DNA from: an uncultured virus (IMG/VR IMGVR_UViG_3300002835_000092)
Lineage: Duplodnaviria > Heunggongvirae > Uroviricota > Caudoviricetes
Direction: 5' to 3' (one strand)
Length of the DNA stretch: 64,000 nucleotides
IMG/VR virus record: IMGVR_UViG_3300002835_000092
Part shown: piece by piece, positions 10,041-20,626 of the stretch
How positions within the stretch are numbered: position 1 is the first letter of the stretch
Layout of the letters: each line of letters begins with the position of its first letter
Made by a program: the position numbers and the translations under genes
Notes under the pieces: model-generated
Told to the model about the DNA's origin: nothing
What the model saw: the letters and a program-made list of their open reading frames with translations, nothing else
The model's database searches: none

Positions 10041-11498
10041 ATGGCTACATTAGGAAATAAACTTATTACCAAAGAAATGGAGTGGATGTCAGGAATGACA
10101 GAGCAAAACCATTTAGGTAGAGCATTGTTAGCAAAACCTGCAAGGTTAGCTGGAACAATGGACAAATTATTCTCTTCCGAAAACTACTATGCTGATAACC
10201 CTATTAGTTCTACCTTGATGGGTAGTCCAAGAACAGAGGAAACTATCACAAGTACCTCTTGGGAATGGGAAATGAAAGGTGCTAATACAAGACCACTTGT
10301 AGTAGTAGAGAATGTTGAACCTGTTTCAAACTTGACACCAGGTAAATTCAAGAAAACTTTCAGAATTAAATTGGATGAAAATTGGTATTTACCAGGGGAT
10401 GTTTTAAGTCCAGGTACTTCTGATAAAAGATTCCAGGTTCGTGTACAAAATCAAGTTCAGAAACATGGTGATGGATTTGTTTATGTAGTAAGAATGAACT
10501 CTGATGACCCTCAAGCATTTATTCCTGCTAAATATTTATCTCCAGGTTCTCAATGGGGTAAATTATTTTCTCAATATGAAGAAGCTGCTGAACAATCTGG
10601 TTCTACTACTTTCAGTACACCAATTGCTTTCATCAACAAGATGTCTAAATACAGAAAAGAATACAGAATTACTGACTATGCTTCTCAAGAAGTTTTGTCT
10701 GTAGCAATTCCAGATTCTAAAGGTGGTTATCACAATTCTTGGATGAAGTATGCAGAAGTTGAATATTGGTTACAATGGTACAGAGAAATTGAAAGAGGTT
10801 ACTGGTATTCAAGAAGTGCTGAAACAGTTCTTGGTGCAAATGGAAGACCTGTAAGAATGGGTGCTGGTATTCAAGAACAACTTGAAGATTCACATGTTCA
10901 CAGATATTCTCACTTGACTGCTAAATTGATTGAAGAGTATCTTCAAGATATTTTCTATTCAAGAGTTAAACCTGGACAAGGAAGACAAATCAAAGGATAT
11001 ACTGGGGAATATGGTATGATTCAATTCCACAGAGCTATTCAAGATTGGCAAAATAAATCTGGTTTCATTAAAAATGTTGAGGTTTATACTGATAAAGTAA
11101 AATCTGATGTTCATACAAATGCTTTACAAGCTGGTTATCAATTTGTTAAGTACAACATGGCTAATGGTGCTTCATTAGAGTTAGTTCACAATCCTCTTTA
11201 TGATGATAGAGAAATTAACTTTGAAATTGACCCTGTAACTGGTTTCCCTATGGAATCTCAAAGAATTACATTCCTTGATTTCTCTGGAGAAAACAAAGCA
11301 TCAAACATTAAAATTATGAAGAAAAAAGATTCTTCTACATTTACTTATGTTTGTGGTACTCAAGGTCCATGGGGTCCTGTTAATGGAGGTATGTCAGCTC
11401 ATGCTGGTGATTACTATGAAATGCATGTTGGTATTTCAGCAGGTATTCACATTCAAGATGTTACTAAATGTGGTGAATTGATTTTATCAAGAAACTAA
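10041..11498 (+). CDS. Major capsid protein
   Basis: 485 aa; synteny; biased codon usage; followed by a strong terminator; resembles crAss-like MCP (G-x-G-I-x-E-Q-L, HNPLYDD). Confidence 0.85.
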   Translation: MATLGNKLITKEMEWMSGMTEQNHLGRALLAKPARLAGTMDKLFSSENYYADNPISSTLMGSPRTEETITSTSWEWEMKGANTRPLVVVENVEPVSNLTPGKFKKTFRIKLDENWYLPGDVLSPGTSDKRFQVRVQNQVQKHGDGFVYVVRMNSDDPQAFIPAKYLSPGSQWGKLFSQYEEAAEQSGSTTFSTPIAFINKMSKYRKEYRITDYASQEVLSVAIPDSKGGYHNSWMKYAEVEYWLQWYREIERGYWYSRSAETVLGANGRPVRMGAGIQEQLEDSHVHRYSHLTAKLIEEYLQDIFYSRVKPGQGRQIKGYTGEYGMIQFHRAIQDWQNKSGFIKNVEVYTDKVKSDVHTNALQAGYQFVKYNMANGASLELVHNPLYDDREINFEIDPVTGFPMESQRITFLDFSGENKASNIKIMKKKDSSTFTYVCGTQGPWGPVNGGMSAHAGDYYEMHVGISAGIHIQDVTKCGELILSRN

Positions 11499-11508
11499 CA
11501 TAGGAAAT

Positions 11509-11545
11509 AAAAACCTACTCTATAAATTTAGAGTAGGTTTTATTT
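11509..11545 (+). terminator. Intrinsic terminator after MCP
   Basis: AAAACCTACTCTA/TAGAGTAGGTTTT hairpin plus T-rich tail. Confidence 0.85.
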
Positions 11546-11557
11546 AAAATTTAATCT

Positions 11558-11565
11558 TATATTTG
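11558..11565 (+). promoter_or_regulatory. Bacteroidota -7 element (TATATTTG)
   Basis: Context TTAATCTTATATTTG identical to 33686-33700. Confidence 0.7.
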
Positions 11566-11590
11566 CACAAATAATTCAAAAATAGAAATT

Positions 11591-12427
11591 ATGGCAGAAA
11601 AACAAATAGCTAAAACATTTAGCTTACCAAAAACAAAAACATTGGTTGAAGTTAGACCAATTGAAATTAAAAAATGGCATGGTAAATCAGGACAAGAAAG
11701 TTTTACAAGACCTAAAAGCTCACAAGCATTAGTAAATGGGGAATCAATGACCTATGATACAGGCTTGACAAAAGAAGAAATTGAAGCATTAGAAAAAGTA
11801 GTTAAGTATGATTTAACTAATCATTTTAATACAGAAGAACCACATCCTTTTTGGGATTCTCCAATGAGTAAAGTAAAATTGGAAAACAATACAATGTTCT
11901 TTGATATATCACAACCTTTAAATTACATTAAAGTAAAAGTGATGAAAGCAAGTAAATATGTAGCAAACTCAATGACAGATTATGAAAATGGTTTGTTTCC
12001 AGAAGCTACACATGTTATATTTGATGAAGCTGAACAAGCAGAAGTTTTAGCTACTAAAGTACAACAAGAAGAAGATGCTATTATTGCTGCATCAAGTATG
12101 AGTAAAGATAGAAAAATAGAATTAGTATTAGCTCTATCTGGTAAAAATTTAAAAGGTCAAAGTGATAATTTTGTTAAAGTAGAATTAAACAAAGTAATCA
12201 AAAAAGATACAGCAGAATTTTTAAGACTTAATACAATGGATAAAGAAGAATTATCTAACTATTCATTAGTATTAGAAGCATTACAAAAAAGTGTTTTAAG
12301 AAAAGATGGTCATAAAATTCTTTACCATGATTCTATTTTAGGTATGGAAGAATTAGAAGTAGCAAAATATTTGATGCTTGATGACAATCAAGAGTTGAAA
12401 TTAAGAATAATGGCTCAAGTAAACTAA
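11591..12427 (+). CDS. Conserved crAss-like virion-module protein
   Basis: Synteny downstream of MCP. Confidence 0.55.
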   Translation: MAEKQIAKTFSLPKTKTLVEVRPIEIKKWHGKSGQESFTRPKSSQALVNGESMTYDTGLTKEEIEALEKVVKYDLTNHFNTEEPHPFWDSPMSKVKLENNTMFFDISQPLNYIKVKVMKASKYVANSMTDYENGLFPEATHVIFDEAEQAEVLATKVQQEEDAIIAASSMSKDRKIELVLALSGKNLKGQSDNFVKVELNKVIKKDTAEFLRLNTMDKEELSNYSLVLEALQKSVLRKDGHKILYHDSILGMEELEVAKYLMLDDNQELKLRIMAQVN

Positions 12428-12433
12428 TATATT

Positions 12434-13141
12434 ATGTCAATCAAAAATATGCACTATGACTTCAAAATGAAGTTTAATAAGATTGATAGTCAAAACAATA
12501 GGAATTTATTAGTTCCTGAAATTGATTGGCTACTTAATCAAGCTGCAAATTTGTTTGTAAGTATAATAGCAGAACCAAGATTAAAAAAGCAATTAGGATT
12601 TGAAACAAATCAAAGAACAATTGATGATATAAGAGCAATAGTAGTCAGTAATGACAATAACTGGCTACCTGTTGCTTCTAATTCAGTTGCATTACCTATA
12701 GATTACTGGTATTTCGTTAAAGGAAATGTTAGAATGACAAAAGGTACATGTAATAGAATTAAAGCCAGAGTTCACATTAAACAACATGATGATATGTTTG
12801 AAGAAAGTTCTTTTAACAATTCATCTTTTGAATGGAGAGAAGTTAATGCATTATTTTATGATGGTGGTTTAAAATTCTTTACAGATGGAACTTTTACAAT
12901 AAATGATTTTTGTATTAACTATATTCGCAAAATGACTTATATGCACAATGCCGAAGCATTTCGGGTTGGAGGTTATAAGTTACCAAATGGTCAGATATTA
13001 ACAGGTTTTAGTAATTGTGAACTTCCTGAAACCACCCATTCTGAAATTGTGGATATTGCAGTATTATTAGCTGCTGGTCAAATACAAACTTCAGATTACC
13101 CATTGAAAATGGAAAAATTAAACATTAATCAAATAATTTAA
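12434..13141 (+). CDS. Putative head-tail ring/adaptor protein
   Basis: EIDWLLNQA, GFETNQRTIDDIR, CELPETTHSEIVDIAV resemble crAss-like ring proteins. Confidence 0.6.
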   Translation: MSIKNMHYDFKMKFNKIDSQNNRNLLVPEIDWLLNQAANLFVSIIAEPRLKKQLGFETNQRTIDDIRAIVVSNDNNWLPVASNSVALPIDYWYFVKGNVRMTKGTCNRIKARVHIKQHDDMFEESSFNNSSFEWREVNALFYDGGLKFFTDGTFTINDFCINYIRKMTYMHNAEAFRVGGYKLPNGQILTGFSNCELPETTHSEIVDIAVLLAAGQIQTSDYPLKMEKLNINQII

Positions 13142-13152
13142 AACTTATAATT

Positions 13153-14367
13153 ATGAGTAATAGAAACAATGATGTATTCCAAGTTCTTGTAACTAAAGGA
13201 AATCAAGCTGTTTTACCTGCTGGACAAGCAGTAGAAACTTTAGCTGTTGGTCAAATTGGTGTTTTTGATGCCAATACAAACCTTTCTGTTGCTACCGCAC
13301 CAAGAGAGTTCTACTTCGCAGTAGGAGTAAACAGAAGTGGTGGTACAGCATTGGAAGATATTAAAACATCAGCAGGACAACTTATACAAAAGAAAGGTAT
13401 TGTAAATAACTCTTTTGTGGCACACACAGCATCACAACCTATGATTGTGAAAGTTGGTGATTACAATGCTGAATGTGAAACTGATTATGCTGTAAAAATT
13501 GAATTTAGAAATTCAAGAATTTATAGAACACAAGGTTTCAATCAATTTAGTAAAACCTATGGAATAACAACTTCTTGTTGTGATTGTGAAGTAGGTTGTG
13601 GTTCAGGAGATGCTAATGAAATAACTAAACTTTTAGTTAATGAAATTAACATGGAAAAAGATGGATTGGTATTGGCTCAACCAATAGCAAGACAAGCTAT
13701 TACTGCTGCTACACATGGTACTTCTGTAAACTATGCTGTTGGTGAGGTAATGACTATAGCAGATGTAATTGCTTTAATTGCTTATAATGCTGTTCCAGCT
13801 AACAATGCAACAAAAGTATTTACAGATATTAGTTTAACTGCTGTACCTTTAAAATTGAAACAATTCTGTGATATTAATTTAGGTTTCCACAAATTTGTAG
13901 AAACTGTATTAGTAGTATCATTAGTAGATGGTTTTGCTTGTACTGGGAAAGTAACAACTACACAAGAAATTGTGTTTGAAGAAGGAACTGGAAACAATAT
14001 TCGTCAAAAAGAATATCATGCTTCTGGTTGGAATGGAGCAGGTCCTTATCCTGTTTCTGCTGTAACTGGTATGAGTTTAGGTAATATTAATTATGATGCA
14101 GATGTTAATGGTAAATATGACCAATTTATTTTGGAATATAATCAAAAATCTGAATCAGGTTGGTTAGAGTATGAAAATACTTTAAGTACAATTTTTGCTA
14201 TCCCTGAAACTGATGTAACAACAAGAAATGGTTTAGCTACTGTTTTAGATGTATTAACAAATGGTGGTAATTTTGAAGCTCTTGCTGATGATGCTGCTGT
14301 AGCAAATGTTAATCCATTAGCTGTAGAACCTGTAGTTGCAGATGTAACTAAAGATGGTATAGCATAA
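13153..14367 (+). CDS. Abundant structural protein (auxiliary capsid/decoration candidate)
   Basis: Ala/Val/Thr-rich, biased codons, followed by a terminator. Confidence 0.5.
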   Translation: MSNRNNDVFQVLVTKGNQAVLPAGQAVETLAVGQIGVFDANTNLSVATAPREFYFAVGVNRSGGTALEDIKTSAGQLIQKKGIVNNSFVAHTASQPMIVKVGDYNAECETDYAVKIEFRNSRIYRTQGFNQFSKTYGITTSCCDCEVGCGSGDANEITKLLVNEINMEKDGLVLAQPIARQAITAATHGTSVNYAVGEVMTIADVIALIAYNAVPANNATKVFTDISLTAVPLKLKQFCDINLGFHKFVETVLVVSLVDGFACTGKVTTTQEIVFEEGTGNNIRQKEYHASGWNGAGPYPVSAVTGMSLGNINYDADVNGKYDQFILEYNQKSESGWLEYENTLSTIFAIPETDVTTRNGLATVLDVLTNGGNFEALADDAAVANVNPLAVEPVVADVTKDGIA

Positions 14368-14380
14368 AAAATAAATTTAT

Positions 14381-14410
14381 AAAAGGGTTATGTAATGTAA
14401 CCCTTTTTTA
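14381..14410 (+). terminator. Intrinsic terminator
   Basis: AAAAGGGTTA/TAACCCTTTT hairpin plus T-run. Confidence 0.8.
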
Positions 14411-14411
14411 T

Positions 14412-14419
14412 TAACTTTG
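14412..14419 (+). promoter_or_regulatory. Bacteroidota -7 element (TAACTTTG)
   Basis: TAnnTTTG directly after the terminator, before ATG 14432. Confidence 0.6.
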
Positions 14420-14431
14420 CTAAAAAATAAT

Positions 14432-15148
14432 ATGAACTATACAATATTAAGAGAAAATAACTTATTTACCATTACTAATACTGGTGTAGATTTGATATAT
14501 ATAACTGTATATGTTCAAACTTTTTGTGGTTCTAATCAATGGGATATATTAATACCAGAACAATCTACAGATGATGTATTACAAATAACATTACCTAATA
14601 AAGATAACTTATATAAAATAGTTATAAGTGATAAAAAAAATTCAACAGAAACAATTTATGTTTCTATATATAGTGAATTTTTAAAATCTTTTGTTGATAG
14701 TGTAAATAATATATTATGTGGTTGTCCTTGTGAAGAATGTGATGATTGTGATAAAAAAGAAAAAGATTATCTTTCAGCTATAACTAAATTATTATCTTAT
14801 AATATCATTAATAATGGTATATATAATCAATATTTAACAGCTACAAATGATTGTATAAAATGTAATATACTTGATTCAAATCAATGTGTATTAATGAAAG
14901 AAACAATCCTTGGTAATGCAGATAATACATTGTTGATGAAACAATTAATAGCATACTATTATTTAGTATTTTATTATACAGATTTATCTTTAAACAATGG
15001 TTCAAATATTGTTACTGAAAAATATAATTTCAATAATATAGTTAAGTGTATAAAAAAATTAGGTTTAGATATAGATTGCATTAAAGATGCTATACATATA
15101 GAGCCACAAGGAATATATACTTTTGAATTTAATAATACCTTTATGTAA
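14432..15148 (+). CDS. Cys-rich hypothetical structural protein
   Basis: CGCPCEECDDC cluster; ATG 14432 preferred. Confidence 0.6.
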   Translation: MNYTILRENNLFTITNTGVDLIYITVYVQTFCGSNQWDILIPEQSTDDVLQITLPNKDNLYKIVISDKKNSTETIYVSIYSEFLKSFVDSVNNILCGCPCEECDDCDKKEKDYLSAITKLLSYNIINNGIYNQYLTATNDCIKCNILDSNQCVLMKETILGNADNTLLMKQLIAYYYLVFYYTDLSLNNGSNIVTEKYNFNNIVKCIKKLGLDIDCIKDAIHIEPQGIYTFEFNNTFM

Positions 15149-15149
15149 G

Positions 15150-15971
15150 ATGACAAAGCAAGAAGTAAAAGATAATATTGACCAAGATATAGCATTAAAA
15201 TCAACAGCTAATAGTATTTCTCCTACTAATGTAGGAAAAAATATGAAAGACATTGTTGATTTAATACCTGATTTATCAAATCAACAATTAATTGATTCAA
15301 TGAATTTAAAAATATCTTGGAAAAATGGAGATACTACAAAAACAAAAACTCCATCTGAATATTCAATAGGGGTTCAAAATGCTTGGGTATTTACAAGAAA
15401 TGGTTTTCTTTATTCTAATAAGCAACAAGCTGGTTTACAATATGATGGTGTCAGAATTAAATCAATAGAAAAACCTATTGTTAATATTGATAACATTAAG
15501 AATTTACTAATTAATGTAAAAGATTTTTCTAAAATAAAAGATTTTAGTCCTAAATTAGTTATTACTAAATATAAACCAAGTAAAAGTAAAGGAGTAGGTA
15601 GTGAAAATAATGATTGGAGAATTGCTGGTTTTAAAGATAGCAAACAAAATAATCCATTTAAACCTTCAAGAATAACTCTATTAGGTATAGATAATATAAT
15701 TGATTTTGGACAAGAATATTATTTTTATAAGTCATCAAATAATAGATTAGAAGCAAAAGGTGTAGGAGGAAGATACAGTATAGATAATAGAAGAACAAGC
15801 AGATTAGATACACCAAGTGCCTACATATACATACAATTAGGTTTAAGTATAACTATTAATGGAAAAGAATATATAAGTAAATATTCGACAACTTTAAAAA
15901 TGACTTTAGATGGTATAAGAGATAAGTCAGGTTTCTTTACAACTTCAACAATAAATTTTAAATTTGCATAG
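15150..15971 (+). CDS. Putative fibre/structural protein
   Basis: ATG one nt after the upstream stop; N-terminal I...NSISPTNVG resembles a recalled Bacteroidota phage structural-protein motif. Confidence 0.5.
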   Translation: MTKQEVKDNIDQDIALKSTANSISPTNVGKNMKDIVDLIPDLSNQQLIDSMNLKISWKNGDTTKTKTPSEYSIGVQNAWVFTRNGFLYSNKQQAGLQYDGVRIKSIEKPIVNIDNIKNLLINVKDFSKIKDFSPKLVITKYKPSKSKGVGSENNDWRIAGFKDSKQNNPFKPSRITLLGIDNIIDFGQEYYFYKSSNNRLEAKGVGGRYSIDNRRTSRLDTPSAYIYIQLGLSITINGKEYISKYSTTLKMTLDGIRDKSGFFTTSTINFKFA

Positions 15972-16120
15972 ATATATATAAATAAGTGGAACAAGTAGAA
16001 ATTTACCCTATATGAAACTGGGGGTATAAGTAGAAACAACCTTGAAAAAAATTGATTGGTTTATTAGAAATATTCCATCTATTATATATATTTATGTAAA
16101 TTTTTTAAAAAAGAATTGAA

Positions 16121-17560
16121 ATGAAAAAAATATTATTTGTAACAAAAGATTTAAAATCACATTGTGATAAAGATTGCTCTCCAGTAGAGGGAACTTTAGC
16201 TGTTGGTAATCTATTTAATACTGCTGTTACTATAATAAAAAGAAAAATTAAATTTTTATTATTTAATAAATTACAATTTAATGTTAGTAATTATACAGGT
16301 AAATGTGATACAGCTTATGTAGAATTAAATCCTGATTTCATTGAAACTTTATTAGATAAACAAAATAATAAATTCATAAATGTAGAATTAGGTAGTGATT
16401 ATAGTGGTACACCATTAGAACAATTAGTAAGTGTTATAAATGATACAAATGGTTTTATTGTTAATAATGATGAAAATTATATTTTTACTTTATCACCTGA
16501 TGAACAAATTCATAAAATTCAATACTTATTCAAATTAGGTAAAGGAACATGGGGAGATTCAGGAGTACCTATTACAGTAAATGATTTTATAGAAATCATA
16601 CAACCTACTTTAATTACTGGTTCAACAGATAATCCATTAGCAGATAATGGAATACAAGTTATTACACCAAATGTAAAAAATATTCTTGTATATAATCAAC
16701 AATTAGAATTTGTAAATTCAGTAGTTGAACCTAATACCAGCACATTAAAACTTAAAGATTCTTTTGTTGATTCATTATTAACACAAGAAGAAGACCCTGT
16801 TTTTACAGCATCTCCTGCTGCTTCAATAGAACAAAATGATATAGATAATTGGAATAATAATAACATACCTGCTGCAACTTCTATATCAATAGGACTTCCT
16901 CCAAACATAAGTAATGCACCTGCTTTTTTCTATGACCCAAGTAATCTAAATCATTATTATAGAGATAGAAATGGTAACAGAATGACTTTTTGGTATTTAC
17001 AAGGTATAAATGGAATAACAACGGCTAATAATAAGACAGAATTAGGGGGTGTTCTATATAAAAATACAGAAATTAATACTGCTGGTTTTACTTTTAAATT
17101 ATCAAATTTAACAAATGCACAAGGAGATTCTACATTTACAAAACAAGTAGTAGCTAAACCAGATGGAACTTTTGGAGTTGAAGATAAATCATCAGCTTCA
17201 ATAACTCAAACTATTTTAAATCTAAATGATGGTTTTAATAAAAATGATGCTATTAAAGTAATAAAAACAGGAAAGCAAGTAACTTTTAACTTCAATAGAT
17301 ATATAAGTTTTACAGAATTAACAACTGCTTTAGCTGGAAGTGGCTATGTAATTCTTTGTACATTACCTGTTGGTTTTAGACACAATATGGTACAATCTGA
17401 AATTAGAACTACAATGAATGGGTATCATGGTGTTTATTTAGCAAGATTTATAGATAGTGGAGAAGTTTATATTTATCCATCAAGTTCTGGATTAATATCA
17501 GGAAATGTTCCAACAGGAGATTCACAATTTAACCTAAATATAAGTTACCAAGTAAATTAA
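16121..17560 (+). CDS. Putative tail fibre protein
   Basis: EEDPVFTASPA motif and beta-rich C-terminal tip (KTGKQVTF...LCTLPVGFR). Confidence 0.6.
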   Translation: MKKILFVTKDLKSHCDKDCSPVEGTLAVGNLFNTAVTIIKRKIKFLLFNKLQFNVSNYTGKCDTAYVELNPDFIETLLDKQNNKFINVELGSDYSGTPLEQLVSVINDTNGFIVNNDENYIFTLSPDEQIHKIQYLFKLGKGTWGDSGVPITVNDFIEIIQPTLITGSTDNPLADNGIQVITPNVKNILVYNQQLEFVNSVVEPNTSTLKLKDSFVDSLLTQEEDPVFTASPAASIEQNDIDNWNNNNIPAATSISIGLPPNISNAPAFFYDPSNLNHYYRDRNGNRMTFWYLQGINGITTANNKTELGGVLYKNTEINTAGFTFKLSNLTNAQGDSTFTKQVVAKPDGTFGVEDKSSASITQTILNLNDGFNKNDAIKVIKTGKQVTFNFNRYISFTELTTALAGSGYVILCTLPVGFRHNMVQSEIRTTMNGYHGVYLARFIDSGEVYIYPSSSGLISGNVPTGDSQFNLNISYQVN

Positions 17561-17566
17561 AAAATT

Positions 17567-18049
17567 ATGATAGCAATACAATCAAATAAAAAATTACAGT
17601 TTCCACCTGCAAATGTAGGGTATGTAAAAATGGAAATAGATTTAATTCAAAACAAACCAAGTGAAGAAGTTTATGAATTAAGAATTATAGATACTTGTTT
17701 TGACAAGGTAATAGAAAAACAACTTAAAAAAGATTATATTTTACAAATAACACCTGAAAAACCTATAAATTTAATAGAACCAAAAGAAGAAGATTATGAA
17801 GATGTAGAGGTAATTAAAATACTTGGAACTAATACAAGATTAAAAAAATACACTTATGCACAATTAAAAGAATTATCTATACAATTAAATGTGGATTTTT
17901 CAGATAATTCATTAACTTTGCAAAACATTAATGAATTATTTCAAAAAGGTTTATTAATTATCATACAATTAGAATGCCAACAAGGTATTTCTGGAAAAGA
18001 TAAAGGAATGTATTTTAGTAAAATTGAAGATTGGCAAATTTTAAAATAA
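17567..18049 (+). CDS. Hypothetical protein (possible fibre chaperone)
   Basis: Directly follows the fibre gene. Confidence 0.5.
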   Translation: MIAIQSNKKLQFPPANVGYVKMEIDLIQNKPSEEVYELRIIDTCFDKVIEKQLKKDYILQITPEKPINLIEPKEEDYEDVEVIKILGTNTRLKKYTYAQLKELSIQLNVDFSDNSLTLQNINELFQKGLLIIIQLECQQGISGKDKGMYFSKIEDWQILK

Positions 18050-18056
18050 TATTATT

Positions 18057-18899
18057 ATGGGATTAGATAGTGAAATAAAAAATTCTGATTTCAGTCAGAA
18101 ACAATTAAGGTATTTAAAAAACTTAATTAGCAGAATCAAAGTTGGTTTTGACAATTTAACAAATAGTCAAGCTAAACAAATAGCTAATGCTATTGGTAAT
18201 ATTACAGGAGGATTTATTAGAATATATAGATATAATAATGGTAATGGAATTGTTCCAAGTGTACCTTTATTAATTAATAATACTGAAACTATTGTATTAA
18301 GAAGCACAAATAGTACAGAAGCTAAATTTTATCTAAATTCTGAATACCCTCTACAAATTAAAACAAAAGAAGATATGAACTTAAACTTACCTAATGGTAA
18401 GTATTTAAGAATATATACTCAAGTTGATAACATATATGGAGTTGGTAAGTTATTTAAGAATATTACTAAAGATACTCTAATAGGAAACTTTGCAGTAGAT
18501 GCTTATTTTCAAGTTGGTATAGAAAATTATGGTAATGATTTAATACAAGCACAACCATATAATATCACAATTGAAAATAATACATCTGTACTTCCTAAAA
18601 TTAGAATGGAAGCACAATATGCTGGACTATCTGATGAAGTGGCAACTAATGGTAAAGTATTAACTGTTATTCCTTTTCAAAATTGGGATTATACTTATCC
18701 TTATTGGGGAGGTTTAGATATGACAAATCAATCACAAGGTATTAAATTACAATTATTTACTAATGATGGTAATAATAATTTGTTAGGAACAGGTTATGCT
18801 TATGCAGGGAATAACTATTCAAATACAAATAACTGGATAGGACAAATACAAAATGGGTATGGAACAAGAAATTTTAAAATAGTAATTTCTAATATTTAA
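18057..18899 (+). CDS. Hypothetical beta-rich protein (possible receptor-binding/fibre)
   Basis: Asn/Gly/Tyr-rich, in the fibre region. Confidence 0.5.
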   Translation: MGLDSEIKNSDFSQKQLRYLKNLISRIKVGFDNLTNSQAKQIANAIGNITGGFIRIYRYNNGNGIVPSVPLLINNTETIVLRSTNSTEAKFYLNSEYPLQIKTKEDMNLNLPNGKYLRIYTQVDNIYGVGKLFKNITKDTLIGNFAVDAYFQVGIENYGNDLIQAQPYNITIENNTSVLPKIRMEAQYAGLSDEVATNGKVLTVIPFQNWDYTYPYWGGLDMTNQSQGIKLQLFTNDGNNNLLGTGYAYAGNNYSNTNNWIGQIQNGYGTRNFKIVISNI

Positions 18900-18903
18900 T
18901 AAT

Positions 18904-19497
18904 ATGAAACTAAAAATATTTAAACATAATCCTTGGTTAGAAACCAAACATCCAGAAGAAATAATGGCTACTCCAGTAGAAGTATTAAATGGTATTACTA
19001 AAGGAGACCCAGAATTTGTTAAAGGTGTAAAGATTAAAACAGAATTTTATTCTGATGAAAAAGATAATGTGGTAGTTAGACAAACTTATACAGATGTTTT
19101 AGATAACAATGGATTTCTTATAGGTATTAATATGAAAATAGAATGGTTAGATGAAATGGGAAATCCTGCTTTGTTTAAAACTGTTACTAATTCATTACCT
19201 ATTTCAAGTGCATCAGAAGAAATTAGAAGTAGAAGAAAAAGACAAATTAACTATTTACAAGAAGCAGGTACAAGATTGGGTATTAAACAATATATTGATA
19301 TGTTGTTTGGATTTTATTCTGCAAGAGTAATTAGTGGAAAAACTTTAAATTTCCTAAATAATTATATTGAAAATGGTTCAAAAGAATTTGAAAATGCAAT
19401 TAAGTCAGAAACCAATGAACAAATATTAGCAATATTAAATGCTAAATTACCTGATAATGTAACTGTTAAAGATTCAATCTTAAATCAAATTGTGTAA
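18904..19497 (+). CDS. Hypothetical protein
   Basis: ORF in the operon. Confidence 0.6.
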   Translation: MKLKIFKHNPWLETKHPEEIMATPVEVLNGITKGDPEFVKGVKIKTEFYSDEKDNVVVRQTYTDVLDNNGFLIGINMKIEWLDEMGNPALFKTVTNSLPISSASEEIRSRRKRQINYLQEAGTRLGIKQYIDMLFGFYSARVISGKTLNFLNNYIENGSKEFENAIKSETNEQILAILNAKLPDNVTVKDSILNQIV

Positions 19498-20009
19498 TGG
19501 AAAATACAAAAGATGTTAAAAGATTAGAAGTATTAGTAGCTTTTTTATTAATATTTATTCCAATAATATTAAGATTATTTGATGGTAGTTGGAGACCAAG
19601 TATAAGTGATTATGCTTATAGTGAATTTAATTATTTATTTGCTTTCTTATTAACATTAGCTGGTTCAATGTTTCTATACAATGGAGTTGGTTATAAAAGA
19701 CATTGGTATAATGGTATATTAGGTATATCATTATTTGGTGTTACTTTAACTCCTCATTTGGATTATCCCTTTTTTCATTATATATTTGCAAGTATATTTT
19801 TTATTGGTAGTATTTTATCAATTGGATTAAGTTCTAATATTGCATTCAGAAGTTTTAAATATTTTGTATCAGGAATAGTTCTAATTGGACTTACATTACA
19901 TTTTGTATTTAATCTGTTTAGTTTATTAGTAGCTGAATGGATTGGAATTGTACCAATAGCTACACATTTTATAATCAAATCACAAGTTACAAGTAAAGTT
20001 TTAAAATAA
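19497..20009 (+). CDS. Multi-pass membrane protein
   Basis: About 5-6 hydrophobic segments; SISDY motif; TAATG coupling. Confidence 0.65.
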   Translation: MENTKDVKRLEVLVAFLLIFIPIILRLFDGSWRPSISDYAYSEFNYLFAFLLTLAGSMFLYNGVGYKRHWYNGILGISLFGVTLTPHLDYPFFHYIFASIFFIGSILSIGLSSNIAFRSFKYFVSGIVLIGLTLHFVFNLFSLLVAEWIGIVPIATHFIIKSQVTSKVLK

Positions 20010-20016
20010 CACTAAT

Positions 20017-20604
20017 ATGAAATCCCAACTAATGACAGATTTATTTATATACTTACAATATTTTGGAAAAATAATTGTAAACGCAAAAACTTTATTGACA
20101 ACTAAAACAGGAGCAACAATTTTAGTACCAACTGTAAGTTATTATGCAATATCAAATGACTTAACAAATGCCTGGAAATTATTAGGTATAGTTTTTTTTA
20201 TAGACTTTGCTACAGGAATATATGCTTCTTTTATAGAGAATAGGAATCTCAAAAAGAAAAAAGGAGAATTGAAGTTAGGTTTCTTGAACAAATGTCTTTT
20301 ACTTATTGAAACAATTACAAGTGAAAAGTTGAGAAAATCTATAGTTAAGGGAATCGGTTATATTATTTTTACATTGCTGGTATATGGAGTAGAAAAAGTA
20401 TTTTTAATTAAATCTTTTACATTCTTTAATATATCTGATAAAAATTGGACAATCACATTAGTTACTTTAGCTTTTTGTACAGCTATTGAAATATATTCAA
20501 TTGTATTTGAAAATATTAAAAGAGCAGGTTATGATATAGCAGGGTCATTTGTAAAAATGCTTACCCAATATAAAACAATTAAAGAAGAAGTTAAAGATAT
20601 ATAA
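20017..20604 (+). CDS. Holin (Phage_holin_4-like)
   Basis: IDFATGIYAS, ITSEKLRKSIVK, EIYSIVFEN motifs with TM segments. Confidence 0.7.
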   Translation: MKSQLMTDLFIYLQYFGKIIVNAKTLLTTKTGATILVPTVSYYAISNDLTNAWKLLGIVFFIDFATGIYASFIENRNLKKKKGELKLGFLNKCLLLIETITSEKLRKSIVKGIGYIIFTLLVYGVEKVFLIKSFTFFNISDKNWTITLVTLAFCTAIEIYSIVFENIKRAGYDIAGSFVKMLTQYKTIKEEVKDI

Positions 20605-20614
20605 AATTATTTTT

Positions 20615-20622
20615 TATCTTTG
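20615..20622 (+). promoter_or_regulatory. Bacteroidota -7 element (TATCTTTG), probably giving a leaderless mRNA
   Basis: TATCTTTG-TGGC-ATG; only 4 nt between motif and ATG. Confidence 0.6.
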
Positions 20623-20626
20623 TGGC

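Noticed and set aside
15993..16036. Cas12a repeat-like AATTTCTACT on the minus strand (mini-CRISPR or RNA anti-CRISPR)
   Set aside because: The GTAGAT half of the repeat stem is missing, the second copy is shorter, and no repeat-spacer array is present.
14432..19497. Diversity-generating retroelement or invertase-switched fibres
   Set aside because: No reverse transcriptase, recombinase or template/variable repeat pair is visible in the window.
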